Assembly (NCBI RefSeq): GCF_016433145.1
Contig: NC_058131.1
Span: 625,905,569-625,969,568, forward strand
Reading direction: 5' to 3'
From: Gracilinanus agilis
Lineage: Eukaryota
DNA length: 64,000 nt
Positions 24,738-36,815 of the stretch are shown one piece after another. Both the position numbers and the translations under genes were made by a program. The notes under the pieces were generated by a model that was not told where the DNA came from, made no database searches, and worked only from the letters and a program-made list of their open reading frames with translations. Numbering within the stretch: the stretch's first letter is position 1; each line of letters opens with the position of its first letter.

Positions 24738-24940
24738 GGGGGCAGCTAGGTGGCTCAGTGAATTAATTGAAAGTCAGACTTAGAGATGGGAGGTCCTGAA
24801 TTCAAATCTGACTTCAGACATTTCCTAGCTGCATGACCCCAGGCAAGTCACTTAGTAGTGATTGCCTAGTCCTTACCTCTCTTTTGCCTTGGAACCAATA
24901 CACGGTATTGATTAATACATGGTATTGAGTTTTAAAAATA
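24738..24940 (+). mobile_element. Full-length marsupial CORE-SINE
   Basis: ggggcagctaggtggctcagtg head, B-box, CORE, ccttggaaccaatacacggtattg tail. Confidence 0.85.
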
Positions 24941-25270
24941 TACCATATGGTGAGAACCACGGAAACGTTGCCATCTCCTCTAAGTTTTTTTTTTTCTCTT
25001 GTTGACTATCATTTAGAATTACCTAGAAGTGCTACTAGAGTCAGAGAGGAGTAAGGAATTTTGTAAGAGAAGATATTTTGTAATTAAGTGGTTCAGAGGT
25101 TATATGTCTGCCTAAGGAGTATTACTAGGGAATAGAGAACAGTTGTTATGAGTAGCCCTGGAAAGAACAGAGTGTGAGAGAGAAGAGACACAGTGTACTG
25201 TCTCTCCCAATTATTCACCAATAATATTTCCTGGAGAAATATAAAAAAATGCTCTCAGAACTCTCCTTAC

Positions 25271-25450
25271 CCGGAGCCACTGCTCTGCCTGGTCCTTGCT
25301 CTGCAGTCCTAAGACAATCACATCGGCATTTGTTGGAGTAATCTTCAGGTTATGCTCTTTCTTCCTCACTTGTTTCTCCTTGTAAACCACACTACAGCCC
25401 ACCAGATTCACATCAAGCTGGGGATTGTGGTCCTTAGAAGACTTGTAGCA
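25271..25450 (-). CDS. AFAP1L2: AFAP1L2 exon 7 (180 nt): CYKSSKDHNPQLDVNLVGCSVVYKEKQVRKKEHNLKITPTNADVIVLGLQSKDQAEQWLR; PH1
   Basis: tctttccag acceptor, gtaagg donor, phase 0-0. Confidence 0.97.
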
Positions 25451-26797
25451 CTGGAAAGAAGAGATCAGATATAAACAGTGAAAACCATTAAAGCAGGAAC
25501 AACTGTCACTTTTGGAAAATCCATCAAACTCATCTCTATGTTATGAAACTGAGAAGTTTACTGCTCCCCAACCAGCCCCAGATATTTAGTGTTTGGATAT
25601 CAGCATTTATAATTTCCTACATGTAATTCCTACAGGTCACTTTCCCTTTCCAAGGAATCCTTCCTATCAATACCAGTTAGGCAAAGGTGATGACATATAT
25701 ACACATCCAATTGAAATTAAACTAGATGAAGTTCTGGAGGGTCATGGTTATTCGGATGACTTAATGCCTTATGCTGGGGAGCTACCCCAGAGGGCTCTCC
25801 TAAGAAACACAGTACATAAACCACCTCTCACTTATCATAGAAGCAATATTATCCATAGTAAGAATTTTAATTCAAAACTAGCTTCTCTCTGTTTCCCAAC
25901 ACAATGTGATTAGTTATCCCTGCAATCTGTGTTGTGGGTTTAGGCAATGTAATCTAAATTTAATATTAGCCTGAGTAAAACTTAACTGGGCAAAGAAGGG
26001 AAATGAAAAAGTATCTCTCCAAATTCCTTAAAGAAATGGGAGGACTCCAAGTGTAAGAAATTGCATTTAATGTAAGATTTTTGATGTATCAATAGTTTTG
26101 TTGAACTAGTTTTTTTATTCATTAAAATGATGGCTCTCTGGAAGGGGAGGGGAAGGGATATATTGGGAGATGTGGGTGATAAAACAAAAGATGTCAACAG
26201 AATTTATTTTAATGAAATCTCATTGGGAAGGTTAATATAATAGAAAATGAAAGGCCATTCCCAAACTAAAGCTAATAGATTTTTTTTATTATCCAGTATT
26301 TCTGGAATATCTCCACAACATCTTCCCTCTGTTATATGACATATTGAGTTAACTGGGGCAATATTATTACAGATAATATAAAATAATAAATATTCTAGTT
26401 AGGTTTTTGTTTTGTTTTGTTTTGTTTTTTTGCCACAGTGACACCTCCTGTGATACTTCGATTATATACCAAGTTAAAATAATTAAGTAGCTAGAAAAGC
26501 AGATACAATCTGTTTGAAGTACAAAAGTCAGAGAGAAGCAACTGGGCAATATAAGGAAAGGTAGCCATAGCATAAAAGCAGTCTTCACATGTAATTGAGA
26601 GCTGCCTCTACATTACTGGCAAGTCCTCAGTTGGGCAACGGATGTTAATACACCTTATTGGTCTGGGCTAAAGTGACAGAATCATCTCAGGCATGAACCT
26701 GACTCTCAGATATTAGTTATCTGTCTCTTCTCCTACCAAGGAAAAAAAATAAAGACTAATCACTCATGTTAGGTACAAAATACAGTGTTTTGCTAAC

Positions 26798-27003
26798 CAG
26801 TAATCTGCTGTCCTTAATGACACACAACTGCTTGGCCCACTGCCCCAGCCACTTCTTCCGCCACAGAAAGGCACAGATCCGGGCATCCTTCATCAGCTCA
26901 ATGGTGGCTTCTGGGGATGGCCATTGGTGGGGGGTTGACTTGCTTTTACTGCTCTCTTCTTCATCATATGATTCATAGGAACTACTCACAGGTTCACCAT
27001 CCT
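26798..27003 (-). CDS. AFAP1L2: AFAP1L2 exon 6 (206 nt): (E)[18 protein letters not shown]...[28 protein letters not shown]; start of PH1
   Basis: ctttcttacag acceptor, gttagc donor, phase 1-0; ORF 26756..26989. Confidence 0.97.
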
Positions 27004-27346
27004 CTGTAAGAAAGATCAGCTTAGTTAAAATCTGTCTGCCTGCAAGGCAAGAAGGCTATCTCCAAACATGCTCTGTTTAGGCAAGGGACAAAGGGAACCA
27101 AGGAGGAGCAACATCAGAGCTGGAGAGTGAGAAAAGTGTTCTCAGATGCCATCAAAGCTTCTTATATCTTTCTTAAGACCTCCAAATTAACTAGTTCACA
27201 AATCCTCCTCCTATTCTTAGCCACACTCTACTAATTTTTTAGGCTAAAAGAATTCTTACAAATTTCTGTCCACTCTAGAGGGAAGATCTCTGATCATTGG
27301 CCAGAAGTTCAAGGAGGAAGCTATTGGCACAACACTAAGAATGGTT

Positions 27347-27525
27347 TTTTTTCCCCTTTCAATTCTTTACCTTCTCCCTTAGAATCAGTATTGTGTATTG
27401 GTCACAAGGCAAAAGAGTGGCAAGGACTGGGCAGTGGGGGTTAAGTGATTTGCCCAGGGTCACACAGCTAGGAAGTGTCTGAGGCCAGATTCTAGGTCTG
27501 GCTCTCAATCCACTGAGCTACCCAG
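27347..27525 (-). mobile_element. Marsupial CORE-SINE
   Basis: cttagaatcagtattgtgtattgg tail, ttaagtgatttgcccagggtcacacagctagg CORE, ccactgagctaccc head. Confidence 0.85.
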
Positions 27526-27548
27526 AGGCTCTCCAAGAATAGCTTTTT

Positions 27549-27755
27549 TAAAAAATTAAATTAAATTAAATTTTTTAACATTTAATAATATTTATTTTTT
27601 AGAAAAGTTAACATGGTTACACGGTTCATGCTCTTATTTTCACCTTCACCCCCCCTCCCATAGTTGATGCGCATTTCCACTGGTTTTAACATGTGTCATT
27701 GATCAAGACCTATTTCCAAATTGTTGATAGTTGCATTGGTGTGGTAGTTTCCAGA
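27549..27755 (-). mobile_element. 5'-truncated L1 3'-end insertion with 16-bp TSD
   Basis: ccaagaatagcttttt at 27533-27548 and 27756-27771 flanks L1 3' UTR-like sequence with an A-rich tail. Confidence 0.8.
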
Positions 27756-28437
27756 CCAAGAATAGCTTTTTAATAATGAGAGCTATCTCAAAATGGAATG
27801 TGCTGCCTTATGAAGCATCTAGAGATGTTTGAACAACAAGGACAGGTAAAGATTGGGCTAGATGACCTGTGAGAGCCTAGCAGTTCTAGGAGTCTACGAT
27901 TTCACTTCAATGGTATATTATAAAAGTCACTGAGATGACATTATAAAACAGTATTTTACATACCTTGGATAGCATTCAAGACTTCAGTATTGCTATAATT
28001 ACTGGGGGCCAAGAATAATAATGATAAGGTAGAGCAATAATATACCTAGAAGCAAAATTCAGTTTGTCACAAGACTCTGAGAAATGGGATGTAGGGCTAT
28101 TCTCCACTATGTGCTCATTTAAGCCATAGTGAGCAAAGACATCTAAAATATGGACTCCCATTTTTCCAGTCCCTTCCCTAGATTTTCTTGGGAATATGAT
28201 GAGATGCCATGCTAGGGCACATGCCCCTTTGGTTACAGAAGCAATGTCAACCTAGAGGAGCAAAAATAAAAAATAACTACTAGTGAGAGCACAATAGTAA
28301 GGGATAGGATGGAGGCATACATTTAGGCAGAGAAACGGATAGTAATGACTACTCTTTTGGACAGTTGACAGCATTTCTCCAAGTTACTCTGCAAGTATAC
28401 ATTATATAGCATTCTATATTCAGAAAAGGGTAATAAC

Positions 28438-28521
28438 CCAAGACAATTGTGGCATAAATGACTCCCTCAGACACCTGAACCTCTTTTAGGATTCCAGTGG
28501 TGCAAAATGTACTAGAATGAC
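28438..28521 (-). CDS. AFAP1L2: Candidate cassette exon (84 nt, frame-preserving): (G)HSSTFCTTGILKEVQVSEGVIYATIVL
   Basis: Polypyrimidine tract and tgtacag acceptor, weak gttatt donor, phase 1-1, no stops. Resembles my recollection of a 28-aa insert (GHSGGFLPTGVPRWVQVPERVIYATITL) in long human isoforms. Confidence 0.8.
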
Positions 28522-29684
28522 CTGTACAATATTTAGAAAGAAAAAAAGGTGTGGGAAGGAGGAAGAAGAAAAGAGAAAGAGAAGCACAGATAGTACGATT
28601 AAAGTTTTCATCAAGGATGCCACAGCCTGGTTTCCCTTGAAAACTTTCCTTTTCTGGAGATGCTGAGGGGTACATTAACAGCTTTTACTTCCCTCAGTGA
28701 TATGCTTAACATTTAATATTCAGGCATGGACAGAGAAATAGATACATGAAACCATTCTGACTTTCAGAAAGGCAATGGAATATTATTTTCATTCATCATG
28801 GGTAAGATATGGTGGGTAAAAGCAGTATTTCGATTGCCACTCTCACATAATCCTTGATTAGACCAAAGGAGAATCACAAATATGCTCAGTTCATTAAAAG
28901 ACCAATTTTCAACTTGAGTACATACAAATATCATTTTGAAGCAATTTGGCTCTTTATTCCCCAATCATCTCTTCCTTGAGAGCCAACAGAACTCAAGTTT
29001 CCTATATCCACCGTGCTAATTTGACAACTTCTCCCTGTACATATCTAGTCGCCTACTAAGTTAGTAGGACCCATATTAGTTAAGATGTCCTTGAAATGAC
29101 CCAAACTCTCACCATCATTAATGAATTAATACAAATTCACTGAACAGTGGTGAAGAACAGGAGGCAGGAGCCTAACAATTTGTTTGAGCCTCTCCAAAGC
29201 AAAGCTCGTGACGAAGTGTTTACATTATGAAGAGGCTCTCCTCCTCCCAATCCTGTTCTCCAACTATTAGCAAGACAGGCTCAAGCTGGTACTTGCCAGG
29301 AGAAAGAGGTCTATCTAAATGCACAGAGGTTGATGCTTCAGTGAATCACCACGTCAGTCTGTGAAGGTGCCTCATCCTGCGGGTTCTTGATTTACCTCAC
29401 CTTGCCTGTCAGACGCTAACAAAGTAGCCCTGAAATTACAGCCCAGGCCAATGGTTTGAAAAGGCAGAAAATGTTCAACACATCAATTACAGACAGACAT
29501 CTAACCATAAGGACTCTGTTCTTCGAATTACATCAGACAAAACTGGACCAACTTTCCAAAGCCTAGAACTAGATGGTAGGTGAAAGCATAGGATGAGAAA
29601 AGCAGAGGAAGCCACAAAAAACCTCTCTTCCCCATCTCTTTCTTATCTCAATCCCAGACTTTGTAGCTCTTTCTTCACACTAGT

Positions 29685-29732
29685 CATTCTTTCTAAGGCC
29701 TCGTGCTAACAGTTTCACAGTTTTATTGTGAA

Positions 29733-29768
<36 letters not shown>

Positions 29769-30068
29769 CTTAAAGGCTAAAAATTTCAACTCTGACCTTG
29801 ATAGAAATTACCTCACAGCTATATGACAGTGGATAAGTCACAACCTCTCACTTTCTTCAAGTGTGAAATAAGGTGATTGAAGTAAATGATCTCTAAGGTC
29901 TCTTCCAGCTTTGAAATTAAAATCCTTTTGGGGTTTCTATTTCCTGGTAGATTAGCCATTAGGAAAAATGGTCAGTCCTAATCTCAAAACCAAATAGGAT
30001 CTTCTGGATGAATTTTTTTTTTCAGTATACTTATTATGTTTCACTAGATTTGGACTTTCCTGTCCAAA
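29685..30068 (+). repeat. Copy 1 of a ~380-bp diverged direct duplication
   Basis: Colinear with 31512-31902 over unique flanks and an internal MIR-like piece. Confidence 0.9.
29738..29765. repeat. (TA)n microsatellite
   Basis: Directly visible. Confidence 0.95.
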
Positions 30069-30636
30069 GGTCTTTAGTATTACCCATCTTCACTGACCCT
30101 CCCAGTGACATAGCATTTCCTTTAGTAATATTCATTCATTATGGTCACTGATATAGTAAAAAAAAGCATCATCTTTTACATTTGTATATTGCTTTCTACT
30201 TTAATTTCATTTTACCTCAATAGCAAGCTTGGGGAGTTTTCCCTTATTTTAGTGATGAGGTTTGGGAGAGGGGATAGAGATAGGAAGAAGGGAGAAGGGG
30301 ATAGAGGAGAGCCTGGGAGAAAAGGGGAGAGGGACCTAGGCAGAAGGGGAGTGGAGGGAGAGAGATTAAGTGACTTGTTAAGGTCAGCAAGTATTACACC
30401 TGGAATTAGAATCTAGGTAGGTCTCTTGCTCTATGACGAACTAGTACATTTCCAATACTATTGTTTGGTAATTTGGTCTCGATTCTAAATTTAGTATTCT
30501 CTTGACAAAACAAAATTTCAATCACAAGTGTCATACCAAGTTGAGAAGGAAGAGATTAGAAAATTGGAGCTCTGAGTCTCTAAAATTAAGCAGATATTTT
30601 TTTCTCCTCAGTTCCATTATATTTATTCCTTTAGTG

Positions 30637-30829
30637 CAGTGATTCCCAAAGTGGGTGCTACCGCCCCCTGGTGGGTGCTGCAGTGATCCAGGAAGCGGTG
30701 ATGGCCACAGGTACATTTATCTTTCCTATTAATTGCTATTAAAATTTTAAAAAATTAATTTCCAGGGGGCTAAGTAATATTTTTTTTCTGGAAAGGGGGC
30801 AGTAAGCCAAAAAAGTTTGGGAACCACTG
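30637..30829 (+). mobile_element. Intact non-autonomous hAT DNA transposon (MITE), 193 bp
   Basis: 14-bp TIRs cagtgattcccaaa / tttgggaaccactg (one mismatch) and a perfect 8-bp TSD ctttagtg at 30629-30636 and 30830-30837. Confidence 0.93.
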
Positions 30830-31511
30830 CTTTAGTGCTTGGTTTGGGGCTAATGCTAGCTATAACTGAGTAGTTTGGCTACATGAATTTTGAGCAAAGA
30901 GATAGGTGTTTCTTTTAGCTATCTATCTTTTGAGCTCTCAGCATTGTGGTACTGGGGAAAGAGAACTGACCCTGGAGTCAGAAGACCTAGGTTTAAATCT
31001 TGTTTCTCACACTATCTGTGTGACCTCAGGCAAAGTCACTTAACCATCCTACACCGGAGTTTTTTTTTATCTGTAAAGTTAGAAGGTTGGACTAGATGAC
31101 TTCCAGCTCCCTGAGCCTCTGTTTTTCTCTTTATAAAATGAAGGGGTTGCCCTAGATGGTCTCCAATATTCTTTTGAGTTTTAGATCCAGAATCCTATGA
31201 TCCTTGGCCCAGAAAACATGTGGCCAAAATGTGTGCTGGGTAGGGAAAAGGATGGTAATGGGTGGGAATTTCTTAATCCTCCAAAGGCTTAAGGAAAAAA
31301 ATACATTCCACAAATTATTTAGTCCCTCTCTTTATTCGGACACAACTGGTAACCAAATATTCCCATGCATCCGCAGTCTATCCTGTTAACTCCAGAAGAG
31401 ATAATCTTTTCAACTTAGTAAACAGTAGTTTTTTTATTGAAAATACACCAAATCTGATAATATAAACTTAAGCCTAAAATGAAAAAGATTTCTAAATAAC
31501 CTCAAGTACAA

Positions 31512-31902
31512 CATTCTTTCTAAGGCCTCATGCTAACAGTTTCACAATCTTATTGTTAAGAGCTTAAAGACTAAAAATTTCAACTCTGACCTTGATAGAA
31601 ATTACCTCAATACATACATAGCTGTATAGTCACAACCACTCCCTTTCTTCAACTGAGAATTAGGGTGATTGAAGTAAATGATCTCTAAGGTCTCTTCCAC
31701 CTTTAATTAAGATTCTATTTGGTTTCTATTTCCAGGTAGCTTAACCATTAGGAATAATGGTCAGTTCCCATCTCAAGACCAAAGAAGATCTTTTGAATGT
31801 TTTTTTCTCAGCATATTTATCATATCCCTTTATTTATATTTATTTATTTTTATCATATTCACTTTTTTTAGCATATTTATCATTTGGACTTTCTTGGCCA
31901 AA
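31512..31902 (+). repeat. Copy 2 of the ~380-bp diverged direct duplication
   Basis: cattctttctaaggcctcatgctaacagtttcaca...aatttcaactctgaccttgatagaaattacctca...ccattagg...atggtcagt shared with 29685-30068. Confidence 0.9.
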
Positions 31903-33143
31903 TCAATCTGAGGTGCCACATGGTACTTGTCTTGACCCACTAAATGCTGGAGAAGGCTTATTAAAACTTTAACAATATAAATATGACAAACTTCACTCTT
32001 GTCCTGTGTTCCAGGGAAATCTCGTCCTCTAACAAGATCCATTATGGCTATTGGCTAACCCATATAAATGCCTCCTATCATCTCACCCAAAGGGGAAGAC
32101 AGCTAATCAAATCATACTATTCTGTGTTAAGCTGGGGCACTTCAAAAGAATATGGGATGCGTTGTAGCAGCACTCAGTGATATCCTTAGCCTTGAGGGCT
32201 CAACTGGTAGCCAAGTAATGGTGAGACTATGACACTGGAAATGGAATTAGAGAAAAGAATAAAGGAAAGGAGAAAAAAAGAAGAAGGTGGTGGTAGAGGA
32301 AGAGCCCACAATGATCACCTCCTAGGTTCCCTCTGTGTCAAGATTCATTGGAGACCTTAAATGCTTATCTGAGGAGAGTCTTTGGAATTTGCCCAACCAA
32401 ATCTAAAAGTTGTAATAGATGACCTGAAGTCAGGAAGATGTGGGTTCAAATTTTGCCTCAGATCTGTGTGACTGTGGACAAGACACTCTGTATTTTTGAG
32501 TTACAGTTTCCTCATCTATAAAACGAGAGGTTTTGAGTCAATGATCTTGAAGGACTTTTTCAGCTCTAGCTCTATGATTGTGATTCTATGCTCTCTGAAC
32601 AGGTCAAGTTCAGGAGGGAGACTGGATTATGCCTCCAGCTCTGCTAAGAGCCTCCCTCTCCTCACTGGCGCCTAGTTACAAAGAAGCTTCTCATCTCTGC
32701 TTCAGACTTCACCTCATTTGGCACAGACACTTGACCCTTCCTCTCCTTGTACGTGCTGATGTCAGCAATGCTCAGCAGAACATGAGAACAGGAAACATCA
32801 AATCCCATAAATCTTCTGATCCTGAGCCAATTCAAGCTTGCCCTTTCTCTAGTCACAGCCATGTCCTGCTTTAGTCTTGCCTCCCCCCACCCCCATTTAG
32901 ACAAGGGAGAGCCCTCTTGGGGGAAATGCCCTGATTGCATGGACAACCCTTCAGTCACACTTGACATTGAACCCTACACAAGACAGAGAGTTATCTTTCC
33001 TTACTAAAATCCCAACCAGATTTTTCTTGCCTTCCAGCTATGCGGCAGACGTGTCTGCAGCGACTAGGATATTAGAAGCATTTCTCTTCTCATGTGCATG
33101 AAGTGCTTAAATCACCCTTAGTGGTAAAGCTGCTGGGATGTAC

Positions 33144-33234
33144 CATTTAAGGAAGTATCATATGGTTCTGCCTCTTCATAATATCCCTCGGGAGACTCGA
33201 TCTTTGGGACTGGGAGCTGTTTCCTTTCTGGAAT
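33144..33234 (-). CDS. AFAP1L2: AFAP1L2 exon 5 (91 nt): IPERKQLPVPKIESPEGYYEEAEPYDTSLN
   Basis: cattccacag acceptor, gtacat donor, phase 0-1; visible in ORF 33118..33351. Confidence 0.96.
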
Positions 33235-33739
33235 CTGTGGAATGAATAAATAAAACAAACATTTTTTTTTCAGATAAAGATACAGAAGAAGAAACTCAGA
33301 ATTAACTCTTTCAGTAGAAGGATAGAAGGAATTTCTTAATAAAATTTTCAAGAAGAAAATGTGATATAGTCTTGAAATCAGTTAATATCAGCCAAATATG
33401 GAAGAAGCTAGGTTAGGGGCTAGGAACCACAGATGAAGAAGTAATATGGAAAAATAATTAGTATTTAGAGATGGAGAACTTAGAGAACATTTATCCCCCC
33501 CACCTCCCCAGTGAAGAAACTGAGACTTCCAGAGAGCTTAAGTGGCAGACCCATGGTCACCAAGAGCTAGGATTTTAATCCAGGTCTACCACTCCTTTAA
33601 AAATATTTCCTATTATTATCTTATTGTGATAATTTAAGATTTCTCAGGAAAGAAAGAACTACTAAATAAATGTTTAGCAATCAACTGATGATACCCAGCA
33701 TCTGCACAAATGCTTACTGAACTATAATGTTTTACATTT

Positions 33740-33940
33740 CATATTATCTATAAGCATATCTTTGCATTCACTCTATAGCAAAAATGAATAACATGGAAAT
33801 AGGTATCAAGTGATAACATTTATACAACCCAGTGGAATTGCTTGTTGTCTCTGGGAGGTGGGAGAGAAGAGGGAAGGGAAAGAAAATGAATCATGGAAAC
33901 ATGGAAAAATATTTAAAATAAAATAAAAAAGGAAAAAAAT
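33740..33940 (+). mobile_element. L1 3' terminal fragment
   Basis: aataacatggaaatagg...cccagtggaattgcttg...catggaaaaatatt followed by an A-rich tail. Confidence 0.7.
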
Positions 33941-35246
33941 CTTTGTATGACAACTTAAATTTTAGAAATCTAGGGAAAATAGAGGTAATAACTATTAAGT
34001 TATGAATTCTATGTTAAAGCAGTCTAGAATGTTATTCTGTTATATTTGGTGGATTTAAAATACTTTATGTGTTTGGCTTTCAGCATATAAGAGATGGCTG
34101 TAGACTTTGAGAGAGCTGCCCAAGATCAACGATTCTTTCAATATAGCTGAAATATTCTTTATGCTTTAGAAAAAAGGGACTTGTAAGCAAAGAATGGAAA
34201 AGATGGAGATACCCTAGAGGGCTGGAACACTAAAACTCCATCAGAAACGTTGGTTATTCTTATAAACCATTCTTTTCTTTTCTCCCCCAATGTTACAGGA
34301 GAATGCTTTTTTTTAAGAGTCAGCAGGTTGTAATAGTACTAAAGAACATTGATCCTGGAATTAGAAGATCCATGTTCAAAACCCAGCTCTGATATTCACT
34401 AACAAGGGTCTATTATTAACCACATTAGCCTCAGCTTCATCTGTAAAATAAGAATAATGATAGCACTATCTCAAAAAGACTTATGTGCATAAGATTTTGT
34501 AAATCATAAAGCACTACAAAAAGTGAATTAATTATTATTATAAAGGTCAGTAGCCCAGCACTCATTAGGGTTTCTCTTCAGAGATGTCATTATGCTCCAT
34601 AACTATATCTTTATAAAACCATATCTGATATTTATTCTAACTATATCTCTGGGGTGATGTCCTAGAGAGTATTCACTTTTAGGGATATTTAACTAAAAGA
34701 ACTGTACTTAGTTGGAGTGGAGGATTCGGAGTCAAGACCTTTATCCTATTCTATACAGAATATCCTTCCAAGGACAATCCTAGATCCACCTATGATTACC
34801 CAGAAGCCTGTACCAGCCAGAAGTGCTTGAAGACTGAATTGTTGTCTGGAAAAGGGGTGGGGACTGGGGGAGGAATGGTGGGCAAATGGCAAGAGGCATC
34901 TGATTATCTCCTTATGAGCTGGGGCACGCAAAAGGCACTTCCTCTTGCTAACAGAGACTCTCAGTTCAATATAATCAAAACAGCATTGTCAGTGGGTCAA
35001 GTAAGCCAGTCCTAGGAAACATACCGGACATCTTTTAAGTTGATAGGAGTACAAATCAAGTAAGCAGATAAATGCCACTAAAGTAAGTCTTTGAAAAGAT
35101 TCCAGAACCTGAGAAAAGTCCCAGCATGATTTCTATGACCTTTCTTGGAAATTCAAGCTTGAATACACATTATGCACATGTTCATACACACACACACGAA
35201 CTGAAGAGAATAAGAATCCTTCGACTCTTTCAAATAAGACTCCAAA

Positions 35247-35873
35247 TGTTAGAATCAATCAATAGTTAGCCAAAAGAAGTAATTAATCCGGGACAATGAT
35301 TATTTAGTGATTAATAGGATTATAAGACTTATAATAAATATATTTTATTAGATAATAAGGAAAACTAATGCATTACTAAGATGAACTTAGGTGATAGAAA
35401 TTATGTTAAGAAGCATTTTGAAATAGGGCACTTCTTGTTAACCTACCATATAAGGTACATCCAAGATGGAACATGGTAGTCTTGGATCTCTCATGACTAT
35501 AAGGTCACAACCTAGCATATTAACTTAAAGACTATCCTAACCAACCAGGACTCAATAAGAAGCTGAGACATTTCCTCAAGAAGCTAGCACCCAATTATTG
35601 CTAGGAAAATGTTATCTCCCACCCACTGTCAGAAAATGCATCATCTGTCCCTTGTCAGGAAAATATAATCCCACTCATTGTCATAAATTATATCATAATA
35701 TAATGAGCAATATTAGGGTAAAAAGTGGAGAAAAACCACATTCAAGGTTCTTAGGATAGGAGGAAACGAAGGATCCAGCTTTGCTGAGAGACACTGGTCT
35801 CTCTCCATAAATCTGTTATTAGCCTGGAGCTTTGCCTTTGTTTTCTTTCAGATTGGCTGAAAATATTAGTCAC
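35247..35873. mobile_element. Possible solo LTR
   Basis: TG...CA-bounded ~630-bp block with TATA-like and AATAA-like motifs and no SINE/LINE signature; no clear TSD. Confidence 0.3.
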
Positions 35874-35893
35874 ACACACACACACACACACAC
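35868..35893. repeat. (CA)n microsatellite
   Basis: Directly visible. Confidence 0.95.
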
Positions 35894-36327
35894 AAACACT
35901 GGCAGAGATATACCACTTGACCCCTTAGCAATAATCAGGTTACAGAAGAGGGAAAAATGACTATTTTTCATTATGTACAAATTATGTCAAATTAAGGAAA
36001 GCAGAGGGTTCAAAATATAAGGGGCTACTCTTTACTAGTCAGCAGATTCCTATCATTCTCAATTCTCTTGTGATGGCAGGGACCACATTTTATACACCTT
36101 TGTATTCTCCACAGTTCTTATTAGAGGGTCTTGAATACAATGTGCCTGACTGCAAAACTTGGGAACATCACAGCTTTGTAGCAATAGCTGGCCTCAAAGC
36201 TTGGTAGCACCAATACCATAGCAAATGTACTGCTGTATCCAAAACTTTGCCTTAGGAGATGGTTTCATTTTGCTTAACTCATCCACTTTTTGATCACATA
36301 GAATATAGTCAGGGGACTGGTGATATA

Positions 36328-36815
36328 CAGGCATCCCTTCCACATCACAACTTTCCCCATCACAGTTTCCACATGTTCCAGGTAGGCATAAGAAATTAAA
36401 TGGGAATTTTGGGGAGTTTTACAGAAGCAGCAAATGACACAGAAAAAGCTTAGAAACTCAGAAATGCATAAAATATATGTATGCTATTATGTGAGTTCAA
36501 CATATTTTATCTTTTAATAACACATACAAAATTTCTTTTTTTTTAAAGCTGAATAGGTAAAAAGTTAAAATTTGTGAAAAGAACTCAAAAGTCAATTGAA
36601 GACACAAAAAGTCTAAAAATGTAGCACTATCTTAACATTGGCCTACATATAGCTGATGACCAAATACTTAACAGAAGGTACTATAAACACTGTATAAAAG
36701 AAAGAAAAAATTCAGACCTCCTCTGGTCAGAAGAGAGGGTCAAAAAATTTAAGCAGATTTTCCAGATCATAGGATTGCCACACTCCTGACCCCCCACAAT
36801 GTGGAAGGGGTACCT
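36328..36815 (+). mobile_element. Non-autonomous Tc1/mariner-Tigger-like DNA transposon (~490 bp)
   Basis: Imperfect TIRs caggcatcccttccacat and rc taggtaccccttccacat, flanked by TA at 36326-27 and 36816-17. Confidence 0.75.

Noticed and set aside
24738-24800. tRNA-like A/B boxes at SINE heads
   Set aside because: tRNA-derived SINE promoters, not tRNA genes; no cloverleaf
25593-25913. 106-aa plus-strand ORF that looks protein-like
   Set aside because: TTG start, no recognisable homology, no splice or promoter context; consistent with chance. A BLASTP hit would reopen it
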